This document shows, one piece after another, positions 16,737-24,942 of a DNA stretch of 64,000 nucleotides. Within the stretch, counting starts at the first letter, position 1, and each line of letters opens with the position of its first letter. The position numbers were made by a program, and so were the translations under genes. The notes below the pieces were generated by a model, which did no database searches, was not told the origin of the DNA, and saw only the letters and a list, made by a program, of their open reading frames with translations. The DNA comes from a bacterium (lineage in GTDB: Bacteria > Krumholzibacteriota > Krumholzibacteriia > LZORAL124-64-63), in the NCBI GenBank assembly GCA_016703265.1, contig JADJCK010000015.1, positions 8,586 through 72,585 of the forward strand, in the 5' to 3' direction.

Positions 16737-18590
16737 ATGCAACACACAGCGCTCGGCATCCTCAACACCACCTACGGTTACCCCGCCTTCCGCGGCCACC
16801 AGGCCGCGGTCATCGACCACCTGACAGCGGGCGGCGACGCCCTGCTGCTCATGCCCACCGGCGGCGGCAAGTCGGTGTGCTACCAGATCCCGTCGCTGCT
16901 GCGCGAGGGCACCGGCATCATCGTCTCGCCCCTGATCGCGCTGATGCAGGACCAGGTCGGCGCCGTGACGCAACTGGGCCTGAAGGCCGCATTCCTCAAC
17001 TCGACATTGTCGATGAGGGAAGCCGCGGACGTCGAGCGCCGGCTGCTGGGCGGCGACATCGAACTGCTCTACATCGCCCCCGAGCGGCTGCTGCAGCCGC
17101 GCACCCTCGAACTGCTCGACAAGGCCGCCATCGCGCTGTTCGCGATCGACGAGGCGCACTGCGTCTCCCAGTGGGGACACGACTTCCGTCCCGAGTACCT
17201 GCAGTTGTCGGTCCTGGCCGAGCGCTACCCGGGCGTGCCGCGCCTGGCCTGCACCGCCACGGCCGACGAGCGCACGCGCGCCGAGATTCTCACCAACCTG
17301 CGGCTGGAAGGCGGCCGCGTGTATGTGGGCGGTTTCGATCGCCCCAACATCCGCTATCGCGTGGTGCCGAAGGACGAGCCGCGCAAGCAACTGCTCAAGT
17401 TCCTGCGCGACGAGCACGCCGGCGACGCCGGCATCGTATACTGCCTGGCCCGCAAGAAGACGGAGGAGACGGCCGCGTTCCTGGTTCAGAACGGCATCCC
17501 CGCCGTGCCGTACCACGCCGGGCTCGACGCCGCGGTGCGCCGTCGCCATCAGGAGCGCTTCCTCAACGAGGACGGCCTGGTCGTCTGCGCGACCATCGCG
17601 TTCGGCATGGGCATCGACAAGCCCGACGTGCGCTTCGTCGCGCACCTCGACCTGCCCAAGAGCGTGGAGGGCTACTACCAGGAGACCGGTCGCGCCGGCC
17701 GCGACGGACTGCCGGCCAACGCCTGGCTCTGCTACGGCCTGCAGGACGTGGTGATGCTGCGCAAGCTGGTCGACGACGGCGAAGGTGACGAGATGCATCG
17801 CCGCCGCGCCTCGCAACAACTCGACGCGATGCTCGGCTACTGCGAAGTCACAGCCTGCCGCCGCCAGCGCCTGCTGGCCCACTTCGGCGAAGTGATGCCC
17901 GAGCCGTGCGGCAACTGCGACACCTGCCTGTGGCCGCCCGAGACGTTCGACGCCACCGTCGTCGCACAGAAGGCTCTGTCGTGCGTCGCCCGCACCGGCC
18001 AGCGCTTCGGCGCGCAACACATCATCGAGGTGCTGCGCGGCGGCGCCGCCGAACGCGTGCTGCGCCTGGGCCACGACAAGCTGTCGACCTACGGCATCGG
18101 CAACGAACTGGACGCCTTCGGCTGGCGCAGCGTCATCCGCCAGCTGGTGGCCGGCGGCTACCTGGCGCTCGACCCCGAGGGCTACGGCGGCCTGCGCCTG
18201 ACGTCGGCGGCGGGCCCGGTGCTGCGGGGCGAGCAGCCGCTGCACCTGCGGCGCGATGTGTTGCAACGCGCGACTGCCGGCGCAGGTCGCGGCGCCGCCC
18301 GCAAAGCCCGCCGCGCCGAACTGGCCCTGGCGGCCGATTTCGACGACGCGGTGGAGCCGGATGCCGCCACCACCCTGCTTTTCGAGCGCCTGCGCACGCT
18401 CCGCAAGCGCCTGGCGTCGGAAGCGGGCGTGCCGCCGTATGTCATCTTCCATGACAAGACGCTGGCCGAAATGGCGCGCCGGCGGCCGACTTCGGAGGCG
18501 GCGTTGCTCGGCATCAACGGGGTGGGGCAGGCCAAGCTGGAGAGGTATGGGGAGGCGTTCTTGGCGGAGATGAGGGTGGAGGAGGGGTGA
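16737..18590 (+). CDS. recQ: ATP-dependent DNA helicase RecQ
   Basis: [40 protein letters not shown], zinc-binding CRR..L..FGE...CGNCDTC, C-terminal HRDC ([16 protein letters not shown]). Confidence 0.95.
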   Translation: MQHTALGILNTTYGYPAFRGHQAAVIDHLTAGGDALLLMPTGGGKSVCYQIPSLLREGTGIIVSPLIALMQDQVGAVTQLGLKAAFLNSTLSMREAADVERRLLGGDIELLYIAPERLLQPRTLELLDKAAIALFAIDEAHCVSQWGHDFRPEYLQLSVLAERYPGVPRLACTATADERTRAEILTNLRLEGGRVYVGGFDRPNIRYRVVPKDEPRKQLLKFLRDEHAGDAGIVYCLARKKTEETAAFLVQNGIPAVPYHAGLDAAVRRRHQERFLNEDGLVVCATIAFGMGIDKPDVRFVAHLDLPKSVEGYYQETGRAGRDGLPANAWLCYGLQDVVMLRKLVDDGEGDEMHRRRASQQLDAMLGYCEVTACRRQRLLAHFGEVMPEPCGNCDTCLWPPETFDATVVAQKALSCVARTGQRFGAQHIIEVLRGGAAERVLRLGHDKLSTYGIGNELDAFGWRSVIRQLVAGGYLALDPEGYGGLRLTSAAGPVLRGEQPLHLRRDVLQRATAGAGRGAARKARRAELALAADFDDAVEPDAATTLLFERLRTLRKRLASEAGVPPYVIFHDKTLAEMARRRPTSEAALLGINGVGQAKLERYGEAFLAEMRVEEG

Positions 18591-18645
18591 GGGCTTAACG
18601 CGCGCCCGGGACTTGGCCCCGTGGAATCTCTTTTGATATGGAGTC

Positions 18646-18697
18646 ACTTGCGCCGGCGCAAGTTTCACGATTTGGCGATTGTTGCGCCGGCGCAAGT
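18646..18697. repeat. double-palindrome repeat, copy F
   Basis: ACTTGCGCCGGCGCAAGT - TTCACGATTTGGCGATT - GTTGCGCCGGCGCAAGT. Confidence 0.9.
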
Positions 18698-18782
18698 GGG
18701 CTGGTCGCGCTTCAACGCAACATCCCCACTTCGCTCCGTGCCGGCCAAGCCCGACTTGAAGTGCACATACAAAGTATTTACA

Positions 18783-19052
18783 ATGTTATCAGACAGGATT
18801 GCGAACCGGGCCAGCATGGAGCCAACTGATATGCGCAAGACCTACGATTTCTCGAAGGGCAGCAAGAACCCCTACGCCGCCCGACTCAAGAAGACCCAGG
18901 TCACCATCCGGCTGGATGAGGTCACCGTCACCTGGTTCAAGGCACTTGCCGAGGAAATCGGTATCCCGTACCAGACCCTTATCAACCTCTACCTGCGCGA
19001 CTGTGCGGCGAACGAGCGTCGGCTGAATCTCGAATGGAAGCCGAAAAGGTAA
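18783..19052 (+). CDS. BrnA-like antitoxin (orphan; no BrnT toxin gene upstream)
   Basis: MRKTYDFSKG..NPYAARLKK.QVTIRLDEVTVTWFKALAEEIGIPYQTLINLYLRDCA; start 18783, 18816 or 18831. Confidence 0.65.
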   Translation: MLSDRIANRASMEPTDMRKTYDFSKGSKNPYAARLKKTQVTIRLDEVTVTWFKALAEEIGIPYQTLINLYLRDCAANERRLNLEWKPKR

Positions 19053-19121
19053 TTCGGCGGATGCAGCGCGTATCCTCATGCTAATTATGGAGCTAGCGTC
19101 CACCTGGCTGGGCGCGGCAAA

Positions 19122-19142
19122 AGTGCCACAGCTTGTGGCACT
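19122..19142 (+). terminator. 9-bp perfect hairpin AGTGCCACA-GCT-TGTGGCACT (terminator or operator)
   Basis: Located 70 nt after the brnA-like stop; followed by ATTT only, so intrinsic-terminator status is weak. Confidence 0.3.
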
Positions 19143-19332
19143 ATTTGGATAGGTGCCGCTTCGCGCCTGCCCGATGTGGCCATTCCCCCGCTTCAACGAT
19201 TTGTTAGGCACACGGCATCCGTACACCCCGCGTGATACGGCATGTCCCGTCCCCCAGGCCACCAGCCGACCGAGCCCCGCCGTCCGGCCACGCCGCAGCG
19301 ACGGGCCGCTCACGACCATACGGAGAAGCGAG

Positions 19333-19821
19333 ATGGTGAACTCCGCAAAGAACAGGATCTGCCTCTGGTACGACGGCGACGCCGAGGAAGCCGCACGGTT
19401 CTACGCCAGGACCTTCCCCGACTCGTCCGTGGGCGCGGTGATGCGCGCACCGGGCGACTATCCGTCGGGCAAGCAGGGCGACGTGCTGACCGTCGAGTTC
19501 ACGGTGATGGGCATTCCCTGCCTCGGGCTCAACGGCGGACCCGCGTTCCAGCACAGCGAAGCGTTCTCGTTTCAGGTCGCCACCGTCGACCAGGCCGAGA
19601 CCGATCGCTACTGGAACGCGATCATCGGCAACGACGGCCAGGAGAGCGCCTGCGGCTGGTGCAAGGACAAGTGGGGGGTGTCGTGGCAGATCACGCCGAT
19701 CGCCCTGACGCAAGGCGTCACCGATCCCGATGCCGCCGTGGCCGGGCGCGTGTTCGAGGCGATGATGGGGATGACGAAGATCGATGTCGCCGCCATCGAG
19801 GCGGCGCGACGCGGGTCGTGA
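19333..19821 (+). CDS. VOC/glyoxalase-superfamily protein (PhnB / 3-demethylubiquinone-9 methyltransferase-like domain)
   Basis: ICLWYDGDAEEAARFYARTFPDS.., GDVLTVEFTVMGIPCLGLNGGP.FQHSEAFSFQV...DQAETDRYWNAI, CGWCKDKWGVSWQI. Confidence 0.7.
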   Translation: MVNSAKNRICLWYDGDAEEAARFYARTFPDSSVGAVMRAPGDYPSGKQGDVLTVEFTVMGIPCLGLNGGPAFQHSEAFSFQVATVDQAETDRYWNAIIGNDGQESACGWCKDKWGVSWQITPIALTQGVTDPDAAVAGRVFEAMMGMTKIDVAAIEAARRGS

Positions 19822-19845
19822 AGCCCGGGACTTGTGAAGCCCGCG

Positions 19846-19926
19846 ACTTGCGCCGGCGCAACTCTCACGACGAAGTGATCGTTGCGCCGCCGCCTGCCTC
19901 GTCTCGCGACTTGCGCCGGCGCAAGT
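19846..19926. repeat. triple-unit version of the palindrome repeat, copy G
   Basis: ACTTGCGCCGGCGCAACT - CTCACGACGAAGTGATC - GTTGCGCCGCCGC (degenerate) - 17 nt - ACTTGCGCCGGCGCAAGT. Confidence 0.9.
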
Positions 19927-19945
19927 GGGCGGCCCGTCGCTCGCC

Positions 19946-20800
19946 CTATCGCCGCTTCAGCGCCCCGAACCGCGCCCACACCCCGCAATGGTCCGATCCC
20001 CACACGCCGGCCGGCGACGGCGCGCCCAGCACCACGCGCGCCGCGGTCGGCACCAGCTGCTCACCGTTGCAGAACAGGTAGTCGATGCGCCGCGGCGTCG
20101 TGCCCGTGGCCGGGCCGAACGTCGCGGCGGCGGGCAGCACCAGGCCCGGGTGCACGGTCGCCAGCACGTCGGTGAAGCGCTCGAACATGGGCGCCAGTTC
20201 GAGCCGGTCGGGTTCGGCGTTGAAGTCGCCGCCGATGAGAAGCGCAGCGTCAGGGGCCGTCAGCACGCGTCGCATCGACGAACGCCATCAATCCGGCAAT
20301 CTGCTCGGCGCGGATCTCCGCACCCTCTCCCGTGTGGTGCAGGTGCGTGACATAGGTCTCAAGTGACCGCCCGTCCGGCAGCGCGAGCCGCGCGCGTGCG
20401 CCGCCACGCGGTAGTCGTCGAGCGGTGGCAGCTTCACCTCGTGCTGCGCCACGATCGGCAGCCGCGTGAGGATCGCATTGCCGTAGCGCTTGGCCCCGCC
20501 CACCGGGTCCACCGACGTGAACACGAACACGCAACCCAGGCTGTCCGCCAGTTGCTGCGCCTGGTTGGGCAGCCCTTCCTTCTCGAGCACTTCCTGCAGG
20601 AAGATGACGTCGGGCGCCAACGCGCGCAGCGTGTCGACGATGACGGTGCTCCGCGCCGGCCAGTTCTGCTGGTCGTGCCAGAGGTTGAGCGTGACGGCGG
20701 TGAAACCGTTTGCAGGGGCGGGGACTTGCGCCGGCGCAAGTGCGGCCGCCGTCGCGGCGACAAGCAGGATCGCCACTGCTGCGATCGATGATGTGCGCAT
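19946..20800 (-). pseudogene. endonuclease/exonuclease/phosphatase (EEP) family gene split over three frames
   Basis: Signal peptide plus VTLNLWHD..., DVIFLQEV (ORF 20288..20830); LALPDGRSLETYVTHLHH (ORF 20250..20870); LLIGGDFNAEPD ... RIDYLF ... SDHCGVWA (ORF 19946..20275). Confidence 0.6.
20724..20741. repeat. single palindrome unit, copy H, inside the EEP signal-peptide codons
   Basis: ACTTGCGCCGGCGCAAGT read on the minus strand as ..ALAPAQV.. Confidence 0.85.
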
Positions 20801-20826
20801 GAGCCAGCTTCCTTCGTTGGTCGCGA

Positions 20827-21120
20827 TCACGCCTCTTCCACCGGCACCGCGTTGTCAGCGGCGGCCGCATACCGCGACCGCCGCTGGCACCAGAGAATCC
20901 AGCCGAGGCCGGCCACGGTGCTGACGACGCTCATCGCCGGCGGCATCTTCAGGCCGAACAGGCTGACGACGACCGGCAGGATCAGCAGGAAGAAGCCGCG
21001 GTTGGCCGACCGCGGGATCACGGTGAACCGGTGCGCGATGATCTCCACGAGGAACGTGATCACCGCGGTCGCCAGGACCGGCATCGCCAGGACGACTTCA
21101 CCTTTCAGGAAATCGGTCAT
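20827..21120 (-). CDS. small membrane protein (hypothetical)
   Basis: 97 aa from MTDFLKGE; three hydrophobic helices. Confidence 0.4.
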   Translation of the reverse strand: MTDFLKGEVVLAMPVLATAVITFLVEIIAHRFTVIPRSANRGFFLLILPVVVSLFGLKMPPAMSVVSTVAGLGWILWCQRRSRYAAAADNAVPVEEA

Positions 21121-21160
21121 GCATCCATTCCCTTCAAATGTACTGCGGGCAGCCGTCGTG

Positions 21161-21206
21161 AATTGCGCCGGCGCAACTCTCACGATCCCGTGACTTGCGC
21201 CGCGCC
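21161..21206. repeat. double-palindrome repeat, copy I (right unit degenerate)
   Basis: AATTGCGCCGGCGCAACT - CTCACGATCCCGTG - ACTTGCGCCGCGCC. Confidence 0.8.
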
Positions 21207-21212
21207 AGCGCG

Positions 21213-21899
21213 CTATTCCAGCGCGGCCAGCGCCTCATCCACCGTCACAACCTTGGCATACGTGCGGTCCAGCGTCGCGAGCGTGGCAGCGTGCACGTGC
21301 GCTGCCGGCACCGTCGTGTCGCCGGACTTCAGGTCGCGCGTGGCGCAGGCGTCGCCGACGACGAGCACCTCGTAGCCAAGATCGCTCGCCGCACGCGTGG
21401 CCGCCTCGACGCACATGTGCGTCTGCATGCCGCACAGCACCAGCCGCTTGATGCCGGCCTCCTGCAGCATCGCCTGCAGGCCGGTGTTCAGGAACGCGTT
21501 GACCTCGTCCTTCATGACGATCTTCTCGCCCTCGCGCGGCATCACGTCGGCGTGGAAGCCGCGCCCGGCCTTCGCGTTGTGGCCCACGTGGATGACTGCC
21601 TTGCCCGCCGCGCGTGCTTTCTCGAGCAGGCGCGCCGCGTTGGCGCCGGCCGCTTCGGGCGCGCTCAGCGGCAGCGCGCCGCCGGGATAGTAGAAGTCCT
21701 GGATGTCGATGATGAGCAGCGCGGTCGCGGGAGCTTCCGCGGCGGCGGTCTCGGCCGCCCGCGCCGGCTGGGCGGCGGCCAGCGCGAAGCCCAGCGTCAG
21801 CGAAGTGACGAGGCTCGTCGTGAGCGTGACAGCCGTGATCACGGCAAGGGCCCTGGCACTCCTGCGCAGTGCGGCGGCGATTGAGGTTGTGTTGCGCAT
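21213..21899 (-). CDS. isochorismatase-family cysteine hydrolase (secreted or membrane-anchored)
   Basis: ALLIIDIQDFY, VIHVGH, LVLCGMQTHMCVEAATRAA; N-terminal signal/anchor. Confidence 0.7.
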   Translation of the reverse strand: MRNTTSIAAALRRSARALAVITAVTLTTSLVTSLTLGFALAAAQPARAAETAAAEAPATALLIIDIQDFYYPGGALPLSAPEAAGANAARLLEKARAAGKAVIHVGHNAKAGRGFHADVMPREGEKIVMKDEVNAFLNTGLQAMLQEAGIKRLVLCGMQTHMCVEAATRAASDLGYEVLVVGDACATRDLKSGDTTVPAAHVHAATLATLDRTYAKVVTVDEALAALE

Positions 21900-21918
21900 T
21901 GCGTGGACCTTTCGTTTG

Positions 21919-23517
21919 TCAGTTCCCGAAACCGACGGCGAGTCCCAGGCGGACATCGTCGTTCGCAAGCCGCCAGCTTGTGCGGCGCGCGGTCGCGCCC
22001 GACAGTTCGCGCATCCACCTGAGGCTGGCGGAATATTCGGCCAACACGTGGATATCGCCGACAATGCGGAACTCGGCCCCGACCACGGCGCTGACGCCGA
22101 TCGCGAGGGAACGATTGAGGTTGGTTTCGACGTCGTCGTCGTATTCCTGCCAGTACTCGTAGTACTTGTACCTGACCAAAGGGCCGAGCCCCCAGTAGTC
22201 CGCCACGCCGTCGTCACCGACGCGGCGCCGGATACGCTCGGCGCGTACCATCAGGTCGAATTCTGTTCTGCCATCCTCATCCCTGTCGCTCGTACGAAGA
22301 TTCGGCTGGAGAAGCCAGCGCCAACCGCGCCCGGTATCGTCGAGGCGGCGCCAGGCAATCGCGCTGCCTTCCAGTGGTTGCACCCTGAAATTGGGCCCAA
22401 TCATGACGAGGAGCGCCGACCCGACGCCGCTCCTGCCGGCAGTCCCGGTCGTGGCGGCGGCATCATCGTCGCCGCGGCGCGCAACGAGCATCATGCGTAC
22501 GCTCGGCTGGGTGAGGTACCATTCGCGATATTCATCCGGGAAACCCTCGTTGTAGGCAAACCGATGGTAGACGACGCCGAGTCCGGACTCCAATGCCAGT
22601 GCCGCATTGCGGCTGAGCGTGTATTCGACGCCCACGTTGGTGCGCCATTCGAAGTCCAGGCCGGATGAACCATATCCGGCCCGGAAATCAGTCTGCAGGC
22701 CGGTTGCCCAGTAGGGACGCACGTGGCCGCGCGGTTCATGACGACGCAGGTACTGCAGCAGCAGCGTGGCATCGTAGGTGCCCCTGGGCTCGGATTCGAG
22801 GTCATTGTAGGTGTCCTTGCGGAGATCGCCGCTCAGCCTCGTGCCCAGGCGCAGTCCGTGGCCGTCGTTGAACATGTGACGCCACATGAACCCGTTGACG
22901 TTCAGTCCGCTGATGCCGTCGAGGCCATTGACGGTGAACTCCAGCGCCTGCCAGGAGTCGTCCTGCGCGGCCTGGTCTTCGTCGGATCCAGGGTCGTCGC
23001 TGCCCCAGGGGTACACCGTGACGAAGGTCGCCAGCGTCGAGAGCCCGTTGAAGGAGCCCACTTCCGGGATGTAGGCCATGTTCACGTCGACGGCGTGCAG
23101 CCTCACCGTCACCAGCGGGTACGGCGTCAGCACCGGGTAGCCGTCGTTGAGCGACGGCGACACGGCGTCGATCATCTGCGCGCCCACCCACACGCCGCCG
23201 ATCAGCCGCACCCGGGCACCCAGCGACAAGTGCCAGTTCGCATGCCCGTACGAGTCCTGGTACACGCCCAGGTTCCCGTTCAGGGCGCCGCGCTTCGTCT
23301 GGGCGAATGTCCACTGCAGGCCGGCCCCGGGATTGAACTCGCGCAATCCCGAACCCTCATACGCATTCAGATGGTGCGAGAACCCGAACACGTTCACCGC
23401 CATCTCGGCCCGCGCCGCGCCCGGCGCCGCCAGTGCGGCACAGCCCACGACCAGGGTGAGACACACGTTGAATCGATGCAGGTTCCTGGAAAGCACGGAG
23501 ATGGCCATCGGATACAT
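21919..23517 (-). CDS. putative outer-membrane beta-barrel protein
   Basis: Signal peptide ..CAALAAPGAARA; N-terminal FGFSHHLN..REFNPGAGLQW (PagL/acyloxyacyl-hydrolase-like barrel pattern); alternating beta-strand-like sequence. Confidence 0.4.
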   Translation of the reverse strand: MYPMAISVLSRNLHRFNVCLTLVVGCAALAAPGAARAEMAVNVFGFSHHLNAYEGSGLREFNPGAGLQWTFAQTKRGALNGNLGVYQDSYGHANWHLSLGARVRLIGGVWVGAQMIDAVSPSLNDGYPVLTPYPLVTVRLHAVDVNMAYIPEVGSFNGLSTLATFVTVYPWGSDDPGSDEDQAAQDDSWQALEFTVNGLDGISGLNVNGFMWRHMFNDGHGLRLGTRLSGDLRKDTYNDLESEPRGTYDATLLLQYLRRHEPRGHVRPYWATGLQTDFRAGYGSSGLDFEWRTNVGVEYTLSRNAALALESGLGVVYHRFAYNEGFPDEYREWYLTQPSVRMMLVARRGDDDAAATTGTAGRSGVGSALLVMIGPNFRVQPLEGSAIAWRRLDDTGRGWRWLLQPNLRTSDRDEDGRTEFDLMVRAERIRRRVGDDGVADYWGLGPLVRYKYYEYWQEYDDDVETNLNRSLAIGVSAVVGAEFRIVGDIHVLAEYSASLRWMRELSGATARRTSWRLANDDVRLGLAVGFGN

Positions 23518-23722
23518 CTTTTGCGCATGCGTTCGGGAATCGTTCCTGGCGCCAGCCCAGGCAGTGCCGCTGCTGATGGTACCCTGCAACTGCCGTACGA
23601 TGCAAGATAGAGAGCCCCGCCCAACCCCCACGGTTGCTTCAACGCGCCATCGGCCCTAGTCTTGGGCGGTCCCGAGCCGGGAGAATCGATCCCCGAGCGC
23701 ACCCCGCATCCCCGGAGATGGC

Positions 23723-24538
23723 ATGGACCTCCTTTTGTGGCTGAAAGCGGCGATCCTCGGGCTGGTCGAAGGCGCGACCGAGTTCATCCCGGTTTCGTCG
23801 ACCGGGCACCTGATCCTCACGCAGAGCCTCCTGAATTTCACGGGGCCCACGGCCAATGCGTTCCTCATCTTCATCCAGCTGGGGGCCATCCTGGCGGTGG
23901 TCTGGCTGTACTGGCGCAAGTTCCTCGACCTGCTGCTCAACTTCTGGAAGCCCGGCAAGGCGCGGCAGCTGGTGCTGAACCTCGTGATCGCCACCATTCC
24001 GGCGGTGGTGATCGGGCTGCCGACCGACGACTGGATCGAGGCGCGCCTGTTCAAGCCGCTGCCGGTGGCCCTGGCGCTGGTGGTCGGCGGTATCGCCATC
24101 CTCATCATCGAGAAGCGGAAGCACACCGTGAAGGTGGCGAGCCTGGATGACATCCCCCTGAAGCTGGCGCTGGGGGTGGGGCTCATCCAGGTGTTGTCGA
24201 TCCTGTGGCCGGGGGTGTCGCGGTCGGGGGCGACGATCATGGGCGGGCTGGTGCTGGGGCTGTCGCGGACGGCAGCGACCGAGTTCTCGTTCTTCCTGGC
24301 GGTGCCGGCCATGCTCGGGGCCTCGGCCCTGAAGTTATATGGTGTGCGCGACCAGCTCGGTGCGGGCGACCTGCCGGTGTTCGCGATCGGGTTCCTGGTG
24401 GCGTTCGTGTCGGCGTTGCTGGTCATCAAGGGGTTGCTGGCGTTCGTGGCGCGGCGGAGTTTCGTGCCGTTCGCCTGGTACCGGATCGTGGTTGGCGTAG
24501 CTGTGGCGGCCGCGTTTGCGTTCGGAGTGGGGCGTTGA
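23723..24538 (+). CDS. uppP: undecaprenyl-diphosphate phosphatase
   Basis: GLVEGATEFIPVSSTGHLIL, PGVSRSGATI, FSFFLAVPAM. Confidence 0.9.
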   Translation: MDLLLWLKAAILGLVEGATEFIPVSSTGHLILTQSLLNFTGPTANAFLIFIQLGAILAVVWLYWRKFLDLLLNFWKPGKARQLVLNLVIATIPAVVIGLPTDDWIEARLFKPLPVALALVVGGIAILIIEKRKHTVKVASLDDIPLKLALGVGLIQVLSILWPGVSRSGATIMGGLVLGLSRTAATEFSFFLAVPAMLGASALKLYGVRDQLGAGDLPVFAIGFLVAFVSALLVIKGLLAFVARRSFVPFAWYRIVVGVAVAAAFAFGVGR

Positions 24539-24942
24539 ACGAAAAGCTGCTTGCCCACGTCCGTTTGTGGACTATTTTAGTCGCGCTGGTTGTCTCTGTC
24601 GTCGCATTTTTTGCGATTTCGTTCGCATTTGCCCTCGGAATTTTCCTTACAGCCCTGTGGGCCGCTGCCGGCCTGCTGGTGCTCGAGCGCCTGCTGCGCG
24701 CAGCGGTGCTGCCGCCGGGTAAGGCCCGCAACGGGTTTGCGATCGCCCTCTGGGGTGCCGCAAAAATCGCAGTTTACGGCGTCGCGGTATGGGTGCTATT
24801 TTCCCGTCCGCTTCCAGCACTGAGCCACGCCGTGGGGTTCACTTTAATGATGGTCGTCCTGGTGGTCCTCGGGGCACAGGCCCGCTCCGCCGAGATCCGA
24901 CTGTCCTCCCGACGGGAAAACGATGCACCGACTGAAAGTTGA
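24535..24942 (+). CDS. ATP synthase protein I-like small membrane protein
   Basis: Four hydrophobic helices immediately upstream of, and overlapping, atpB; no ATG, TTG start assumed. Confidence 0.4.
   Translation: MNEKLLAHVRLWTILVALVVSVVAFFAISFAFALGIFLTALWAAAGLLVLERLLRAAVLPPGKARNGFAIALWGAAKIAVYGVAVWVLFSRPLPALSHAVGFTLMMVVLVVLGAQARSAEIRLSSRRENDAPTES

Noticed and set aside
14868-18695. 1275-aa ORF on the minus strand. Similar long ORFs: 4443-6269(+), 27630-29111(-), 30092-32506(-), 45086-47074(-), 58017-61490(+), 61801-63648(-)
   Set aside because: All lie antisense to, or out of frame with, genes that have strong conserved motifs (recQ, MFS, atpA, atpD, Omp85, CotH, beta-helix lipoprotein). 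Their translations are Arg/Ala/Gly/Pro-rich low-complexity sequence, typical of stop-codon-poor alternative frames in high-GC DNA.
7382-21206. Could the recurring palindromes be a CRISPR array?
   Set aside because: Units are 18 bp rather than 24-48 bp. They are not regularly spaced: kilobases containing whole genes separate the doublets. The short intra-doublet spacers are conserved rather than unique, and no cas genes are present.
7382-21206. Could the repeats be integron attC sites separating gene cassettes?
   Set aside because: No intI integrase or attI is present. The bracketed genes are in mixed orientation and often multi-gene. The units are perfect self-palindromes lacking the R''/L''-L'/R' asymmetry, extrahelical bases and GTTRRRY core of attC. 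Some resemblance remains (TA-rich modules between structured repeats), so this is noted only as an analogy.
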